Positions 49,286 through 63,335 are shown, counted from the first letter of the stretch. The stretch is 64,000 nucleotides of DNA from Eledone cirrhosa (GCA_964016885.1 OZ024745.1:41664001-41728000), one strand, 5' to 3'. Notes: generated by a model not told the origin, from the sequence alone. Translations and numbers: made by a program.

Positions 49286-50925
49286 AAATGTATGTATATT
49301 TACAATTCTGTCAATGCCACAAGCTTCATAATAAAGTCGCTTCACCATAAAGTAACGAAGATATTGAAATTGACGATGACGAAATTAAAACTGAAGAGGA
49401 GGAAATTTTGAATGATGATGGCGAAATTAAAGTTGATAAAGACGAAAATGATGTTGAAAATAGCGATTTTCATAATATTGGCGTTGCAAATAGATTCGAG
49501 ATCTGCAAAAATAAAGTAAAGAAAATGAGTACTAATCTAATTGCTCAATCAGTTGTACCTCACTTTCTATCGTAACTGTTAAAATTGTCGGTACTTTCCA
49601 GCCTATGTTGTTATTTTCCTTGGCTAAAGATTTCATTGCGCAATTCTATGGTTTCCACTGAATATCTCTGTAAAACCATTACAACTCCTGATATAATTTC
49701 TGGTTTTACTTAAGAGAAATGGAATTTGTGAGATAAAAACAGCGATTACGAATTTAGCAGATACATAAGGATTACGGTAGAATCTTAAATCTTAAAATAC
49801 TGTCATCAGAAATGTCTACCTGTAAGAGCTATAACACCAATGACTCTAATCTTGAAATGATGAATTCTTAACGTCGATGATAAGATGTCGGTGATAGCTC
49901 TTCACGTGACTGTGACATTAAGTTTCAATCAATAGCTTATCTTCTTAGTCACGCGATCTTTCCAACACCCAAGCCTGTATAGACCACCGCTGTGACACAA
50001 TCATTTTCAAACGTACAATTACGACAGAAATACCGTAGAAAATTACAAAACATATTCATAAATAAAATGAAATAAATAAACAATATAATCAAAACTCTTC
50101 AAAGAAGCTGGATATTTTGTTGTCTTCGGTTAGTTTCTTCATATAGTGCCATCTATATATATACTGCTAAATGTTGATTGACAAAAATGAAATGATTTTA
50201 CTCGTTATTTATTACAACTACTAACTGTTTCATTTTCCATTGCTCAACATTCTAATATTTCTAATTTGGTATTTTATCTACCTTTTACTATACTCCTGGT
50301 TTTAATTCCATTTTCCCCACATCACGCAGTCTTTTTTTTTCTTTTTTTACTTCTATTCATCCTTTTAACATATGTTTATGCAAGTTTTGTTGAAATATTA
50401 TAGAGCTCATATTTCTTCGAATTTGTTTTTTTTTTGTTTTTTTTTTCTTTTTTCAATATTGTGAATAATTTTTCAAGATTGATTTTTTATCATTGCTTAT
50501 TCTCAGACAATATCTACGAGAGTGTTAATGGAAAAAAAAAACTCTAACTCAGATCTTTTTTCAGCATTTGCAAGTAAGATTGATATACAGGTAGTAAATT
50601 TTTCTTGAAATCAGTATCGCATAATTTCTACCAGTATCTAATTTCTCAAATTTGATGCATTTGATTAATTAGGGATTTTCGACTAAATTCTCGTCTATTT
50701 AATTTTATTATAAAGTATTAATCAATTTTTATTTCATTTCCCAAAAGATATGAGTATCACCTTTCTTTCAAGCATATATTTTCTGCAATTTTGATTGAAC
50801 ATATTTCAATTAGTCTCGATATTAGTTTTTAAAAAAACTTAAACTTATTAATGTACACGAACTTAGAAATTAATGCTTCATTCTTCAAAACATTTCAAAC
50901 GTGACATTCTTTCAAAGTTTCTAAA

Positions 50926-51002
50926 GTGTTGTTGTTGTTGTTGTCGTCGTCGTCGTCGTTGTTGTTGTTGTTGTTATTGTTGTTGTTGTTGTTGTTGTTG
51001 TT
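50926..51002. repeat. (GTT)n/(GTC)n microsatellite
   Basis: Direct reading. Confidence 0.95.
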
Positions 51003-51379
51003 AGCTATTTACAACATTGATTTACAAAATATTAATAATATGAAAAAGCATGATGGGAACAATACACAATATTGACAAAATGACATTATTCGTCAATCAA
51101 ACGTTATGATTAAAGCAAGATGATTAGAATAACAACACAATTTTGAATTTCAAACAAACATACATAAGTCGAAATATACCAAGAATGCATTATAAACCTG
51201 TAATTTAACAGAGGGCTCCATAAACTGGGTTTAGAGCAATTGAAATCAATATAATGTGCTAATGCTGACTGAATTATCCGCCACCAAACAAGGGCAACAA
51301 CAAAAAGAAAAAAAAACAAGACACTTTTTAATTTAAATTGTTTTTCTTTCCTTCTTTCCTTTTTATTATTTTGTGTTTG

Positions 51380-51496
<117 letters not shown>

Positions 51497-51707
51497 ATAT
51501 ATACATACAAACGTGTGTGCGTGTCAGTCTTAGATGGCATGGCATGAAAAGATTGGTGCAGCAATTGAAAATATTTTGCGGTATTAAGTTCCATTTCGGT
51601 TTTCTCCTCTGATATTCCCTCCCCCGAGGACGATGTAATAAGTTACTTGATAACATACTGTGACGATGTCAATGATTTTCATCTTATCACAATGATTTCT
51701 TTTAAAT

Positions 51708-52025
51708 CAGGGTTGTGCAACATATTCCATTGGCGAGCCACTTATGTACATTGCAACAATTATTAGGGCCATTAATATTTATTAAGCACTATTTCAAAGA
51801 TTCACCACAGCTTCATTCCATAACAGGGAACTGGGAAATTATAACACACATAACCTATCAGTGAAGCCCTTTAGTATAGGTCAACTAACAAAAAATGGTA
51901 TTACGGTTACGAAAAAAATTCTAAATAAGCCTACAAGATAAAAATTAAAAACGGTCATTGCGGGCCACTTTGACTAGTCTGGCGGGCCGGATTGCGGCCC
52001 GCGGGCCGCCTGTTGCACGCGCCTG
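51708..52025. mobile_element. hAT (Charlie-like) MITE
   Basis: TIRs CAGGGTTGTGCAACA / TGTTGCACGCGCCTG, GCGGGCC subterminal repeats, perfect 8-bp TSD TTTTAAAT (51700-51707, 52026-52033). Confidence 0.88.
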
Positions 52026-53835
52026 TTTTAAATTGTATATTGCGTCCTTAAGTAAAGAACTTAACTCTGCTTTCTTTTTTGGAAGTGCCACATTATTTGA
52101 TCTTCTATTTCGAACAAGCAATTTTAACCTGTAATTCAAGCAGGAATTTTGAAATATTCTACCACCACCTGTGATATGAGGGTGTAGGCTATTTCTAAAT
52201 CACACCCACACACACACACACAGACACCCACACACACACTCAAGCGTGCACGAACGCACATACGTTTCAATATCCCTAGGAGAGAGTGCAATATATTTTA
52301 TATGTTTAGGGTTATAATATATTTATTTAATATAAACCGCTTAGATTGGTGTCACGTTATGTGAAGAATGAAATGTTTTTTTAATTAATTTCTTATATCT
52401 CGAGGCGTCATATTCATATGAAAAAGTCAGATATCATGATGCTATATTATTCCTAGAGTTATTCGTAGTATAAATCTGGCCGCAAGCTCTCTTTGCTGAA
52501 AGATTTTTGCTTGTTCTCCAACGCCCAGAGCTTAAATAGAAATTACATTGATTTCTTACATTGGAAAAAAGGTAACCAATTTCAGAAAAGGAAACGACCT
52601 AGTACTCGACAAGTTCTTATTTATCCTCACTGAAATGTAGAATCATGTGTATTTGAGCTTAGAAAATCGACGTAACAAAATAACACACAGCATTCTGTTC
52701 ACTGACCTACCTATTCTGCTGTACCTCAATGATAGAAGAGATCTGACATTTATTTGTTTCTTCCTCATCGAAGAAGGTGAAGTCCTTTTTAGTAAAGTAT
52801 ATTATTCATATATATTTTATTCACCACATAGATCTACACTGGCTCGATTTTAATTCAGAAACGCTAGTTAGTGTATAATAGTCATAAATTACATTATGAT
52901 ATAATTTAGTATAAAGTAGTATAGTTAAAATGAATCGTTGTGAGATATGAAATAAAAGACTGATATGTTTTAAAAAGCCAGTACAAGGTAGTAGAAATAT
53001 ATAAAGGGCAAAGGATGTCAACTAAAGCAAAACGAAGTAATGTTTTACTCCTTTTATTTGTCATCCTTTGACCTTTATATATTTCTATCGCATTATACCA
53101 GCTTTTATTACATAACTTAGTATATTTCTATATAATGTATATTACAATATTAATTTCAAAACAGTTTCTGAAGCAGTGTTGAGTGGTATTGATTCAATCC
53201 CTCCATGTACTTGACAGATACTTTAATTTATCGAATCTTTAAAAGCAGAACGCAATGTAGCCAAACAAGGCATATAATCCGTTGCTCCATCAAGTCAACA
53301 ATTAACCACTGCAGTTATTAATATATATATAGCATAGCGATAATGAAGTAAATAGTTCGGAGGACAATATTGTCTATTAGATCGACCTCAGTACTTTAAT
53401 GATACTTAATTTATTGATCCTGGAAAAACGAAAGACAAAGTCAATCTCGCTGGAATTGGAATGCCAAACGCAAAGCGACTTACCGTAACGGGATATGGTA
53501 AAATATCGTTCGTTATAAAATTCTATCTATCATTGTCTTAATTTCCAACACAGCAACATGTTATTACTTAAATATCACAGTGTACGAACCAGGCTTACTT
53601 TTACGATTTTCAATACCTTCAGTGCTCAGATAATTTAATGACAAAAAACTAAAATATTTATTTCTGCATATTTTGACCCCCTGTATTTACCCACAATTAA
53701 CGTCTCAGGTTTATTAGTGAGCAGCGTTGAGTTTTTAGTGATTTGACTCCAATATTCGATTTGAATTGTCGATTGTAACCATTTTACTAAACTTACATCT
53801 CATTTCTAATTCCTTTCAGCGTGTAGGATTGTGTC

Positions 53836-54243
53836 CATGCAAAGATTAAAACATTTGTTTGATTTCGTATCGATATTTCGTCATTCCATGTAAATCATTT
53901 GTTTGGTTTCGTATCGATAATTCGTCCTTCCATGTAAAGATTAAATCATTTGTTTGATTTCGTATCGATATTTCGTCATTGATCGCACGTAAACTTTAAA
54001 TCACTTATTTTATATCGTATCGATATTACATAATTCCATGTAAACACTAAATCATATGTTTGATTTCGTATCGATATTACGTCATTCCATATAAAGATTA
54101 AATCATTTGTTTGATTTCGTATCGATATTTTGTCATTCCATGTAAAGACTAAATCATTTGTTTGATGTCGTATCAATATTTCTTCATTGAGCGCACGTAA
54201 ACTTTAAATCACAAATTTTATATCGATGTTACGTCATTCCATT
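53836..54243. repeat. Minisatellite, unit about 51 bp (CCATGTAAAGATTAAATCATTTGTTTGATTTCGTATCGATATTTCGTCATT)
   Basis: About 8 units with a variant unit recurring near 53980 and 54190. Confidence 0.88.
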
Positions 54244-55520
54244 TTTTCATAAAATTCGCACCGGCTTAATCAACGTAGAGGAGAGATTATCCGGTGAAAA
54301 TGTTCAATTCATATTTTAAATATTAATTTGTTACATATTCACAAGGCTACAAAATCGGGTATTAAGGGAACAATTGAATATAGTGAACCAGTATTTTACT
54401 GGTATTTATTTAATTATCATAAAGATGAAAACAGCCAACTTTAATAAAATTCGAACTCGGAATGTAAATGACACAGCTACACATTGAAAAGCATTTGGAA
54501 AAAAACCTCAGCCAATTATGCCACCCACTACCCTTAATATTTTGAACATTATCATTAAATGGCAGAATAAGTAAGATTAAATACTTTGGTTAACTTTTGA
54601 TGTATGTCGCTACGTTTTGAGCTTAACTCCCGCCAAAGTCAAGTTTGTGTGGTCGAAAAAATGAGTACAAGTTAAATACTGATTTAATCGCCCCCCCCCC
54701 CCCCCCCCCCCACACACTAAAAAATTTTGTTACGAAGTAACACAAATAAGGGATGAGGTTGCCCGAAACGATAGAACAACGATATGGGATTATGATTTTA
54801 CACTTCTGAGTTCAAATCCCACCAAATTTGATTTTACTCTTTTATCTTTCTGGGTCATCAAAATAAGTAGCGGCTGATTACTAATATCTGGTACTATACC
54901 AATTTTAGAAATTGGAATTAACCTTAATTGTAAAGAGAATTTTAGAACGCCAAAACTCTATTCTATGTAATAAAATGATTTTGAAACATCAAATGAAAGT
55001 TCTTTTCTTTGTAGAATGAAAGGATTGACACTTCTCACAATGTCTTCTTCCCATTTAAATATAGGTATCTATTCAGAACACTGTATAAATAAATTTTGAC
55101 AAAGGATCCATTTTATGTAAGAAGGTGGAAAGTATATATTGTGATGTTCATGCTTTTCCGAATGGTATTAATGGTATAGGTGATGGTATTAACGGTGTAA
55201 CTACATCAACCGAGAATCGAAATGAGATCACAATTTTTATTTGCAAGGAACATGCTTCATTGGTTTATAGTTGTTTCTATGGAGATAGAGAGAGGGGAGA
55301 GTATTTTTTTTACCTTAGTGGACCATTATTATTTTACAAAAATATTTCCAAAATTATTCTACGAAAAGCCGTTAGAAAACAGTGGTCGAAAGCTGTGGTA
55401 CTCTTCAATGGAATTCCCTATGATGTGACTCAGTTTCCGATAGTCTGAAAAAGGTCATGAACTCTAGCCGATCTCTTCTGACTAAATAATGCAAAAAAAA
55501 ACAAAAAACAAACAAAAAAA

Positions 55521-55900
55521 CGGTGTTTATCGAGAATAACTACTCCATGATAAATTAATTTAAATTAGACAATAATATAATCCGAACAAATATATTCCAA
55601 ATTAGGGTTACTGTTCGAGTTACGGGTTAGGGTTAATCCGAATTTACTTATTGCAAATTATAGTTAGGTTTTTGGTTAAGGGTTAGGGTTTGGCTTAAGG
55701 TTAATTCTTGCTTTCTGTTTGAACGGCTGTCAATCTGGAATCAATTAATTACAGGAGACTGATTGAATTACCCCTCCCCTAACCATGAATCCTAACCCTA
55801 ACTATAATTTAGAATAAATTATTTCGGATTATATTATTGCCCTATTTGTATTAATTTTTAATGTATGGGTGGATGGTGTATGTTATTCTGGAGAAACACA
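55521..55900. mobile_element. MITE-like element with long imperfect TIRs and internal TTAGGG-like repeats
   Basis: GTGTTTATCGAGAATAAC...CAATAATATAATCCGAA vs TTCGGATTATATTATTG...GTTATTCTGGAGAAACAC. Confidence 0.65.
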
Positions 55901-56893
55901 AAATGTGAATAAAAGAAACAACAGTCTATCTTCCAAATATGTATAAAAAATAAATAAAAGATATATATAGTTTTTTTTCAGATTTTCAATAATTTTCCAT
56001 GTTATTTTTCTTCTTGTCTTTCCAAACTTACTTTTTTATTTATTCATTTATTTACCGACATTTTCCTCTCCAGTGAAAGTCTTAAAAACATCGTTCAGAG
56101 TAGAATTTTAGAAAAGAAGAGTAAACATGAAAGGTTATATTCTTGACTTACAATTACTGTTATTATACACAGAATTTCCATATTTTACTTAAGGAACAGA
56201 AGACAAAAGAAAAGATATATATATAAACGAAAATAAATAATTTAACAAACAAATTTTAAAAGCAAACAAAAACAAAATAAAACTCATTGCACTCATTTGT
56301 GTATGTTTGCATTAAACTGCGTGTTTGTGAATGGCGTGTAGATGTGTCTTTAAATGTGTGTGAGCGCTTGTCTAAGTGTATGTGTGCGTACATTCCTACG
56401 AGATTCACAGTTGGCTGGTTAGAAAGAGTCATACCGGGCGAAGGTTTGATTATTTAAATGCCCTCATAGGTGGACGGTTTGCATTCCGCCACAGGTATAT
56501 ATATTCGATATTATATTCTTCATGAGATCCCCAATCTACCAAAAATGTAGAAAAAACAGACTTATTCACGTGGTTTCCAGCATACTGGGATAGAAAATAC
56601 AAAGTAGAACTGGTAAAAACAAACAAATACAAGATACGAAAAGAATACAGATATCTTTTACGCCTGTATAAAGTCTGGGAATTATTGGTGCAAGAAGATT
56701 TAAAAGTTCATGGCGGCCTTAAATATATTTATAAAGAGAACTACCAAAGAGAACTACCAAAGGAATCAAGAAGGAAATGTCCTGACATGCAGCATGTCGG
56801 ACTTTTTAAATATCTGGAGGAGCCTAATCTTCTCTAGGTCGGAATCATGAAGGGTGAGAAAGGTGAGTCGGAGGAAAGAAAAGACATCCTTAT

Positions 56894-57070
56894 GGGGTGA
56901 TTGGTAGTATCGGTAGAGCGTCGGACACCAATAGTTACGGCCCTTGCCATTCTGAGTTCAAATCCCGCTGAGGTTAACTTTGCCTTTCATCCTTACGGGG
57001 TCGATACAATAAGGTACCAGTAATGCACTGGGTAATTGCTGGCCTTGTGCCAAAAGTAGAAACAATTATT
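56894..57070 (+). mobile_element. SINE family A
   Basis: Consensus match. Confidence 0.9.
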
Positions 57071-57321
57071 GAATCGGTACTTGTTTACTTGCTAGAAATG
57101 ATGAAAGTTAAAGTTGAGTTCAGGGCGCAAGAATCGGAACAAATTACGAGGCGTTTTTAGTACGATGCCATAACGACTCTGTCAATTTTCTACTTTTGAA
57201 ATATATTAGCAACTTTAAATAAAGTGCTTTCACAGGGAGTGGAGCATCGAAAAAGAACTGTAGACTTCAGTTCGCCAGAAAGTCACTATTGCATTATTTA
57301 CGCATTTAATAATGAGCCAGT

Positions 57322-57446
57322 ACAAGGCCAGTAATTTGGGGGGAAGGGGAAAGTCGATTAAATCGACCCAGTACGTTACTGGTACTTTATTTTATCGACC
57401 CTGTAAGGATGAAAAGGAAAGTTAACATCGGCGGGATTTGAACTCA
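57322..57446 (-). mobile_element. SINE family A (variant subfamily)
   Basis: Core match; tail variant shared with 10405-10470. Confidence 0.8.
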
Positions 57447-57499
57447 AAACATAAAGAGCGGGAAAAATATCACGTGACATTTCTCCAACTCTTCATAAT

Positions 57500-57582
57500 G
57501 AATATGATGATGATGATGATGATGATGATGACGATGACGATGACGATGATGATGAAGATGATGAGGATGATGATGATGATGA
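57500..57582. repeat. (GAT)n microsatellite
   Basis: Direct reading. Confidence 0.95.
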
Positions 57583-58289
57583 TAAAAAGTTAGTAAGTTG
57601 AATCCTGATATAATCGTTGTAATTAAACTGTTAATCATTTATTTAAGACATTAACTATTAGATATATAAGATTAGTAATGCATATTGTTGAGTCTATTTC
57701 CTGTTGCAGTCGGTTTTGCTTTTCATAAGTTTTTTTCCGACAATAAATTAAAGTACCAGTATTATATCAAGCGCACACACTCCACTCTTCTTATAAAACA
57801 ATGACCATGTATCTGATATAGAAATCAAATTTTCCCTTTTATCTGCGTTAACGAAAGAGCTTGTATACGGTTACACAAACAATCCGAAATAGTCACCAAA
57901 TCCCCCTCAAACCTCTCTTTATTGACTTCAAAACGGAAGTACTAGCTAGACTATGAAAAATAAAAAAAAGGATGGATGGTCACGGCTCAAACACCTATTC
58001 TTCTTCTTGATCAGGGCTGATATAGATCAACAACAACCAATACTATTTTCATCGCAACATTTAGTGGAGCCCAGTATCGCACATAAATGAGCTTATATAT
58101 CACCAGGGTTAACGTTGCCTTTGGTCTTTCTAGGGCGAAGAAACTTGTTACCGGCTTATGATAGTAGGGGAGGATGCAACCAACCAGGGAAACATTGGAA
58201 CTGCTCTCAAACAAAGGAAATCAGTATGTATTTAAAAACAAACAAACAAATAAATATTTTGTATCTATAAGGAGACAAGTTATAGTTTT

Positions 58290-58603
58290 ATCTAATATGG
58301 GGCACCACATGCTGTGACAAGTTCTCCAGTTCCAACATTATCGCTTTGATCACACACCCGGGCACTGCCATGTGTAATCCAGAGGAGTGAAAGATATCCA
58401 AATACCAGGACTTGACCGACTACTTCCTTTCTGCGTCGGTTGCTGTTGAGACCTCCGGTGTCTTCAGTCCCCGAGCTACTGTTTCTTCCGCAAAATTAGG
58501 GTGTGTGCATCTCGCCAGAGGAAGGAGCCTCCAGTGGCTGATGCAGAGAGTATCCCTGGCTGTTCTCTGCGGCAATGCTTTCACCATTCTTCCTGTTTAT
58601 TAA
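58290..58603 (+). mobile_element. CRE-like non-LTR 3' fragment
   Basis: KYQDLTDYF..VAVETSGVF...WLMQRVSLAVLCGNAFTIL. Confidence 0.7.
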
Positions 58604-60401
58604 TTTAATCCATTAAAAAATATCATCATCGTATACTTCTTTTCAACAATAAATTAAGTTTTATTATCAAACTTCACTGAGGTAGCAGACTGACATCATG
58701 AGCCCGATCGTAAAGACTCATTAATTAACATAGCTTTTTTTCTCCGTTTTGAGGTTTCCATCTGGCGGCTTCGACTTTGTCTTTTATTCACTATATTAAA
58801 ACCAGTAAATTACTCGAGTCAATTAAATTGGTTGTTCCCTATTCACCTAAACTTGTCACCTCATGCTTAGGTTAGAAATCATTTTTGTATTTACTTTTCT
58901 TATTTTATACGTCTTTTCGTTATTATTTTCTTTTTCCATTTTTCTTATCTTTACGGTTTCTTTGTTTTTTGTTTGGTTAGCACTTCGGTACTACCCTCAC
59001 CTCCCAATTCTTTTCCTTTCCTTTTTCTCCTCTCTATCATCAATCAATTTGATATTTTTTAATGTGATAGTGATATAGTTTGAAGCAGGTACATAATTGT
59101 TTCATTTTTTTGTTTTATATCGTTTTTGCTTACATGTTATCATCAGACCAATCATTGGTTAACTGTATCATTAGGCGGCGAGACTCAAAAAGAAGCATCA
59201 GTAACTCGGAAGACTTCGTTTGTAGGGAAAATATTTATCGTGTAAATTAGAAGTTTTAATGCATCACAATGACAAAGGGTTTCACCCAGGATTGGGGAAC
59301 CCACTAGTGAAGCATTAACATCCCGTTTCTACACAGTCACTGACTATCGAATTTTACTCACGAGGTACTGATCAACTCGAAGCTAGAGTATAAAATACGT
59401 AGGTGCCGCGCAGTGCTATCTAACCATAGGAAACATGTGATTACAAAGGTAACTTCTTAACTACACAGAACATGTAGATGTTCTTCGTGTTTTTCTTTCT
59501 CTAGTAACTCTAGTGTATTCATGTTACATAAACGAATGGAATCTTAAAAAGCACCAGTCAAAAGGCCCCTGAGAATCCTATAAGAGAATTTTTCTTGTAG
59601 CTACATTTACTTCAAATTTCATTATACCTAAAGTCAATCATAGGGATGTATGGTATAACTGGGTCTATGGGATATCTGAAGCAATGTGATACTTGTGAAT
59701 CTCATTTCTTTGTTTAACAGACTGTCTACGTGTCATAAGTCTGCTCAATCAGGGCTGAGCTGGGGACACACGATAATAACAACGACGATAGCGGCAATTG
59801 AAGTGAATGACAAAACACTGAAACAGAAAGGAACCGAAGATGGATAGATGAAAAATAACTCGCAAAATTTGAAAACGAAACCTGGTAGCCCTCAGAACAC
59901 TAAGTTACGTTCACATTTAATCTATTGAGAAATTATAATTTTCATAACAGCATCAACCACATGGAATTTTTAATTTAAAATCGAATTTTCAAATTACAAT
60001 CCTGTAAATTTATGAAGAAAGTCACTTATGGTTGTCTGAATAAGGCCATAGTTCACATACCCTCGACGGTGTTGACGGTATTTGATCTTAGCAAAGGCAT
60101 TTAACTCTCGATTGCCTAGTCCTTTTTTTATGGGCCATATACAGCATTGCAGTGGCGGTGCTGACAAGTGTTTCGTCAGCTTGCAGTGCAAAGTTAAAAT
60201 TTCCTCTTGAAAAATACCTTTGAGAAAAGTGGGCTTCACCTGACTGACTTACACTACATGATAATTAGTAATTCCTGAAAGATCCTGGTGGTTTATGGTC
60301 ACCCTCCACCCCAAATATGTCAACATGTTGGAATACAGGACAACAAGAGAGCCTCTATGCAATCAATTGACCTGGTAGACCAAAATCCTTCAATAAAAAG
60401 A

Positions 60402-60592
60402 AATAATTGTTTCTACTTTAGGCACAAGGCCAGCAAATACCCAGTGCATTACTGGTACTTTATTCTATCGACCCCGTAAGGATGAAAGGCAAAGTCAATC
60501 TCGGCGGGATTTGAACTCAGATCGTAAAGGGACGTAACTATGCTGGAAAGCATGGCGTCCGACCCTCTACCGATACTGCCAATCCACCGCCC
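60402..60592 (-). mobile_element. SINE family A, full length with 18-bp TSD
   Basis: TSD TCAATAAAAAGAAATAAT at 60390-60407 and 60593-60610; 5' end GGGCGGTGGATTGGCAG. Confidence 0.96.
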
Positions 60593-60863
60593 TCAATAAA
60601 AAGAAATAATGCATTCGGTAAAGTAGTCCTAAGTAAACGGCGAGATAATGAAAGATGAGGGGTTTAACAGCTACAACACGTAGAATCGGCAGAAAACCTT
60701 ATTCTTCAGCGTTTCTAAGTTTACATAACTTATAGCATTTGGTTAGGTCTGGCGTAAAAGAAACAACAAAAGAAAACTTGAAAGATTAACAAAAGCAAAA
60801 ATAAAAAAATAAAAATATAAAAAAATAAAAAAATAAACAAAATCATTATAATTACGATAATGA

Positions 60864-60895
<32 letters not shown>

Positions 60896-61017
60896 ATTCT
60901 TACGGTTCAAAGAATGAGCGATTGAACAAGGAACGATGAAGATTTCCTTGTCTTTACTACCTTGCCGCCGGGAAATTGGCCGGTCAAAAATAAACTCAAA
61001 CTTATGAAAAAAAAAGG

Positions 61018-61086
<69 letters not shown>

Positions 61087-61102
61087 TACATACATACATA
61101 CA

Positions 61103-61136
<34 letters not shown>

Positions 61137-61549
61137 GATACATACATACAAATCCCAAGATGTGGCAGATGAAGAAATAGAAAACCAGATAGTGACAGAT
61201 CATTTGATATGATTTTCGTGTTGTTTTGTTTTCACTATTAATAAAACCCATGAACGTTTTGCATTATTGTACTTTATTCCCCGTTAAATTATGTTTTTTG
61301 TTTTCATCCATTATTTGAAAAAAAAAAAAAGTAGTCTCTCTTATAATCATAATTATAATAACCATGATAATAATTATTATTATGCTGATGATCATTATCT
61401 TGATGCAGATCATCATCTTCTTCATCATCATCAACTTATGATGTTCATTTACTCGTTTACTGTTAGCAATGTTTTAACGCTCACAATCATGTTGAAGATG
61501 GCGGCCATCTTCATGTGTAGGAATTTGCGAATATCAGAAGTATAAGTTT

Positions 61550-61862
<313 letters not shown>

Positions 61863-62173
61863 ATCCTCTTTCTCACATTCACATACTCACTCGCATATAC
61901 ATATTGAAAGATATTCATAATTTCCTGCCTATACACAAACACCCGCAGCATCAAAAGAGTGCAAATATATACACACATACACACAAGTATACAATTATAC
62001 ATCGTATAGCCAAGATGCTGGAGTCTGTAGCACGGTAACAAATGTGTAAGTTTTATACTGTTTGTCGTGTTTTGTTTGTTTGTTTGTTTGTTTGTATGGT
62101 TGTTTGTTGGTGTTTTTGTTGCCATTTGTTGATTGTTTATTTCTGTCTTTCATTTTTTTTTGTCTTTAAATGT

Positions 62174-62373
62174 CTAATCAGCACTGAAATATGAATTTTG
62201 CATGGAGTATAATTTGTCTATTGGGTTTATCACAGGCCCCGAACTGAGGTTGTTATGCGTGTTTGCTTCTGTCATTAAAACATGGTCTATATTATCCATG
62301 CTTTCATCCAGTCCCCCGTCTGAATAAAGTTGACTTTCACTCAACGGTGGTTGACTTGTATACAACTGGGAGC
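62174..62373 (-). CDS. Lmx1: Terminal coding exon of an Lmx1-type LIM-homeobox transcription factor
   Basis: Acceptor ttttag|GC at 62374/62373, stop TAG 62176-62174; peptide ends NPIDKLYSMQNSYFSAD, matching the conserved Lmx1a/b C-terminal motif NPIDxLYSMQxSYF. Confidence 0.88.
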
Positions 62374-62694
62374 CTAAAATAAAGAAAAAAATATTAATAC
62401 AAGATAAATCCTTCCAAGATATACATACACACACATACATAAATACACACACACACACACACACGCATATTTATATATATATATATATTTATTTTTTATC
62501 ATTTATTTTGTTTTGACATGTTTAGCTTGATTTGGGTGGTTAATGCCTTCTTGACTACCTTTTCAGTTTTGTATGGCTTCTTAACATATTGTTTAGCTCT
62601 GGTTTTTAACTATTGAGCACTTTGCCAGTATCATTTCTGACTTTTGCGTTTCGTTTCGCCTTTCCTGCCCGCCGAAATGCGATTCTCGCTGAAT

Positions 62695-62697
<3 letters not shown>

Positions 62698-62763
<66 letters not shown>

Positions 62764-62765
62764 TG

Positions 62766-62811
<46 letters not shown>

Positions 62812-62860
62812 GGAGAGGGGGAGAGAGATATGTTATGCATATATATATATATACATATAT

Positions 62861-62922
<62 letters not shown>

Positions 62923-62989
62923 ATAATAATAAAATTGAAGACTAAAATCCAAAGAGGGCTCGATAAGGAAAATATATATTGTTATTTTA

Positions 62990-63044
<55 letters not shown>

Positions 63045-63162
63045 CATACATATATATATACATATATATATATATACATATATATATACATATATATAAA
63101 TATATATAATATACATATATGTATATATATATATATATGTATATATGTATATTTATATAAAC

Positions 63163-63200
<38 letters not shown>
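62698..63200. repeat. (TA)n/(GA)n microsatellite cluster
   Basis: Direct reading. Confidence 0.93.
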
Positions 63201-63202
<2 letters not shown>

Positions 63203-63284
63203 GTTATTCCGGGTTGAATCGGAGGTAACCACAGTAAGTAAGGTACTCAATACATAGCAGAGTATAACAGTTTTAATATAGATG

Positions 63285-63335
63285 AGATTCTACAGGACTA
63301 GAACTGTTTCATTCATTTGAAATCATCAGGAATCT
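63285..63335 (-). ncRNA. Type I hammerhead ribozyme
   Basis: AGAUUC-CUGAUGA-U UUC AAAU GAA U-GAA-ACAG uucuaguc CUGU-A-GAAUCU: 6-bp stem I, short stem II, 4-bp stem III, GUA triplet. Confidence 0.8.

Noticed and set aside
53836-54243. CRISPR-like array
   Set aside because: Units are contiguous with no unique spacers, no cas genes, eukaryotic context
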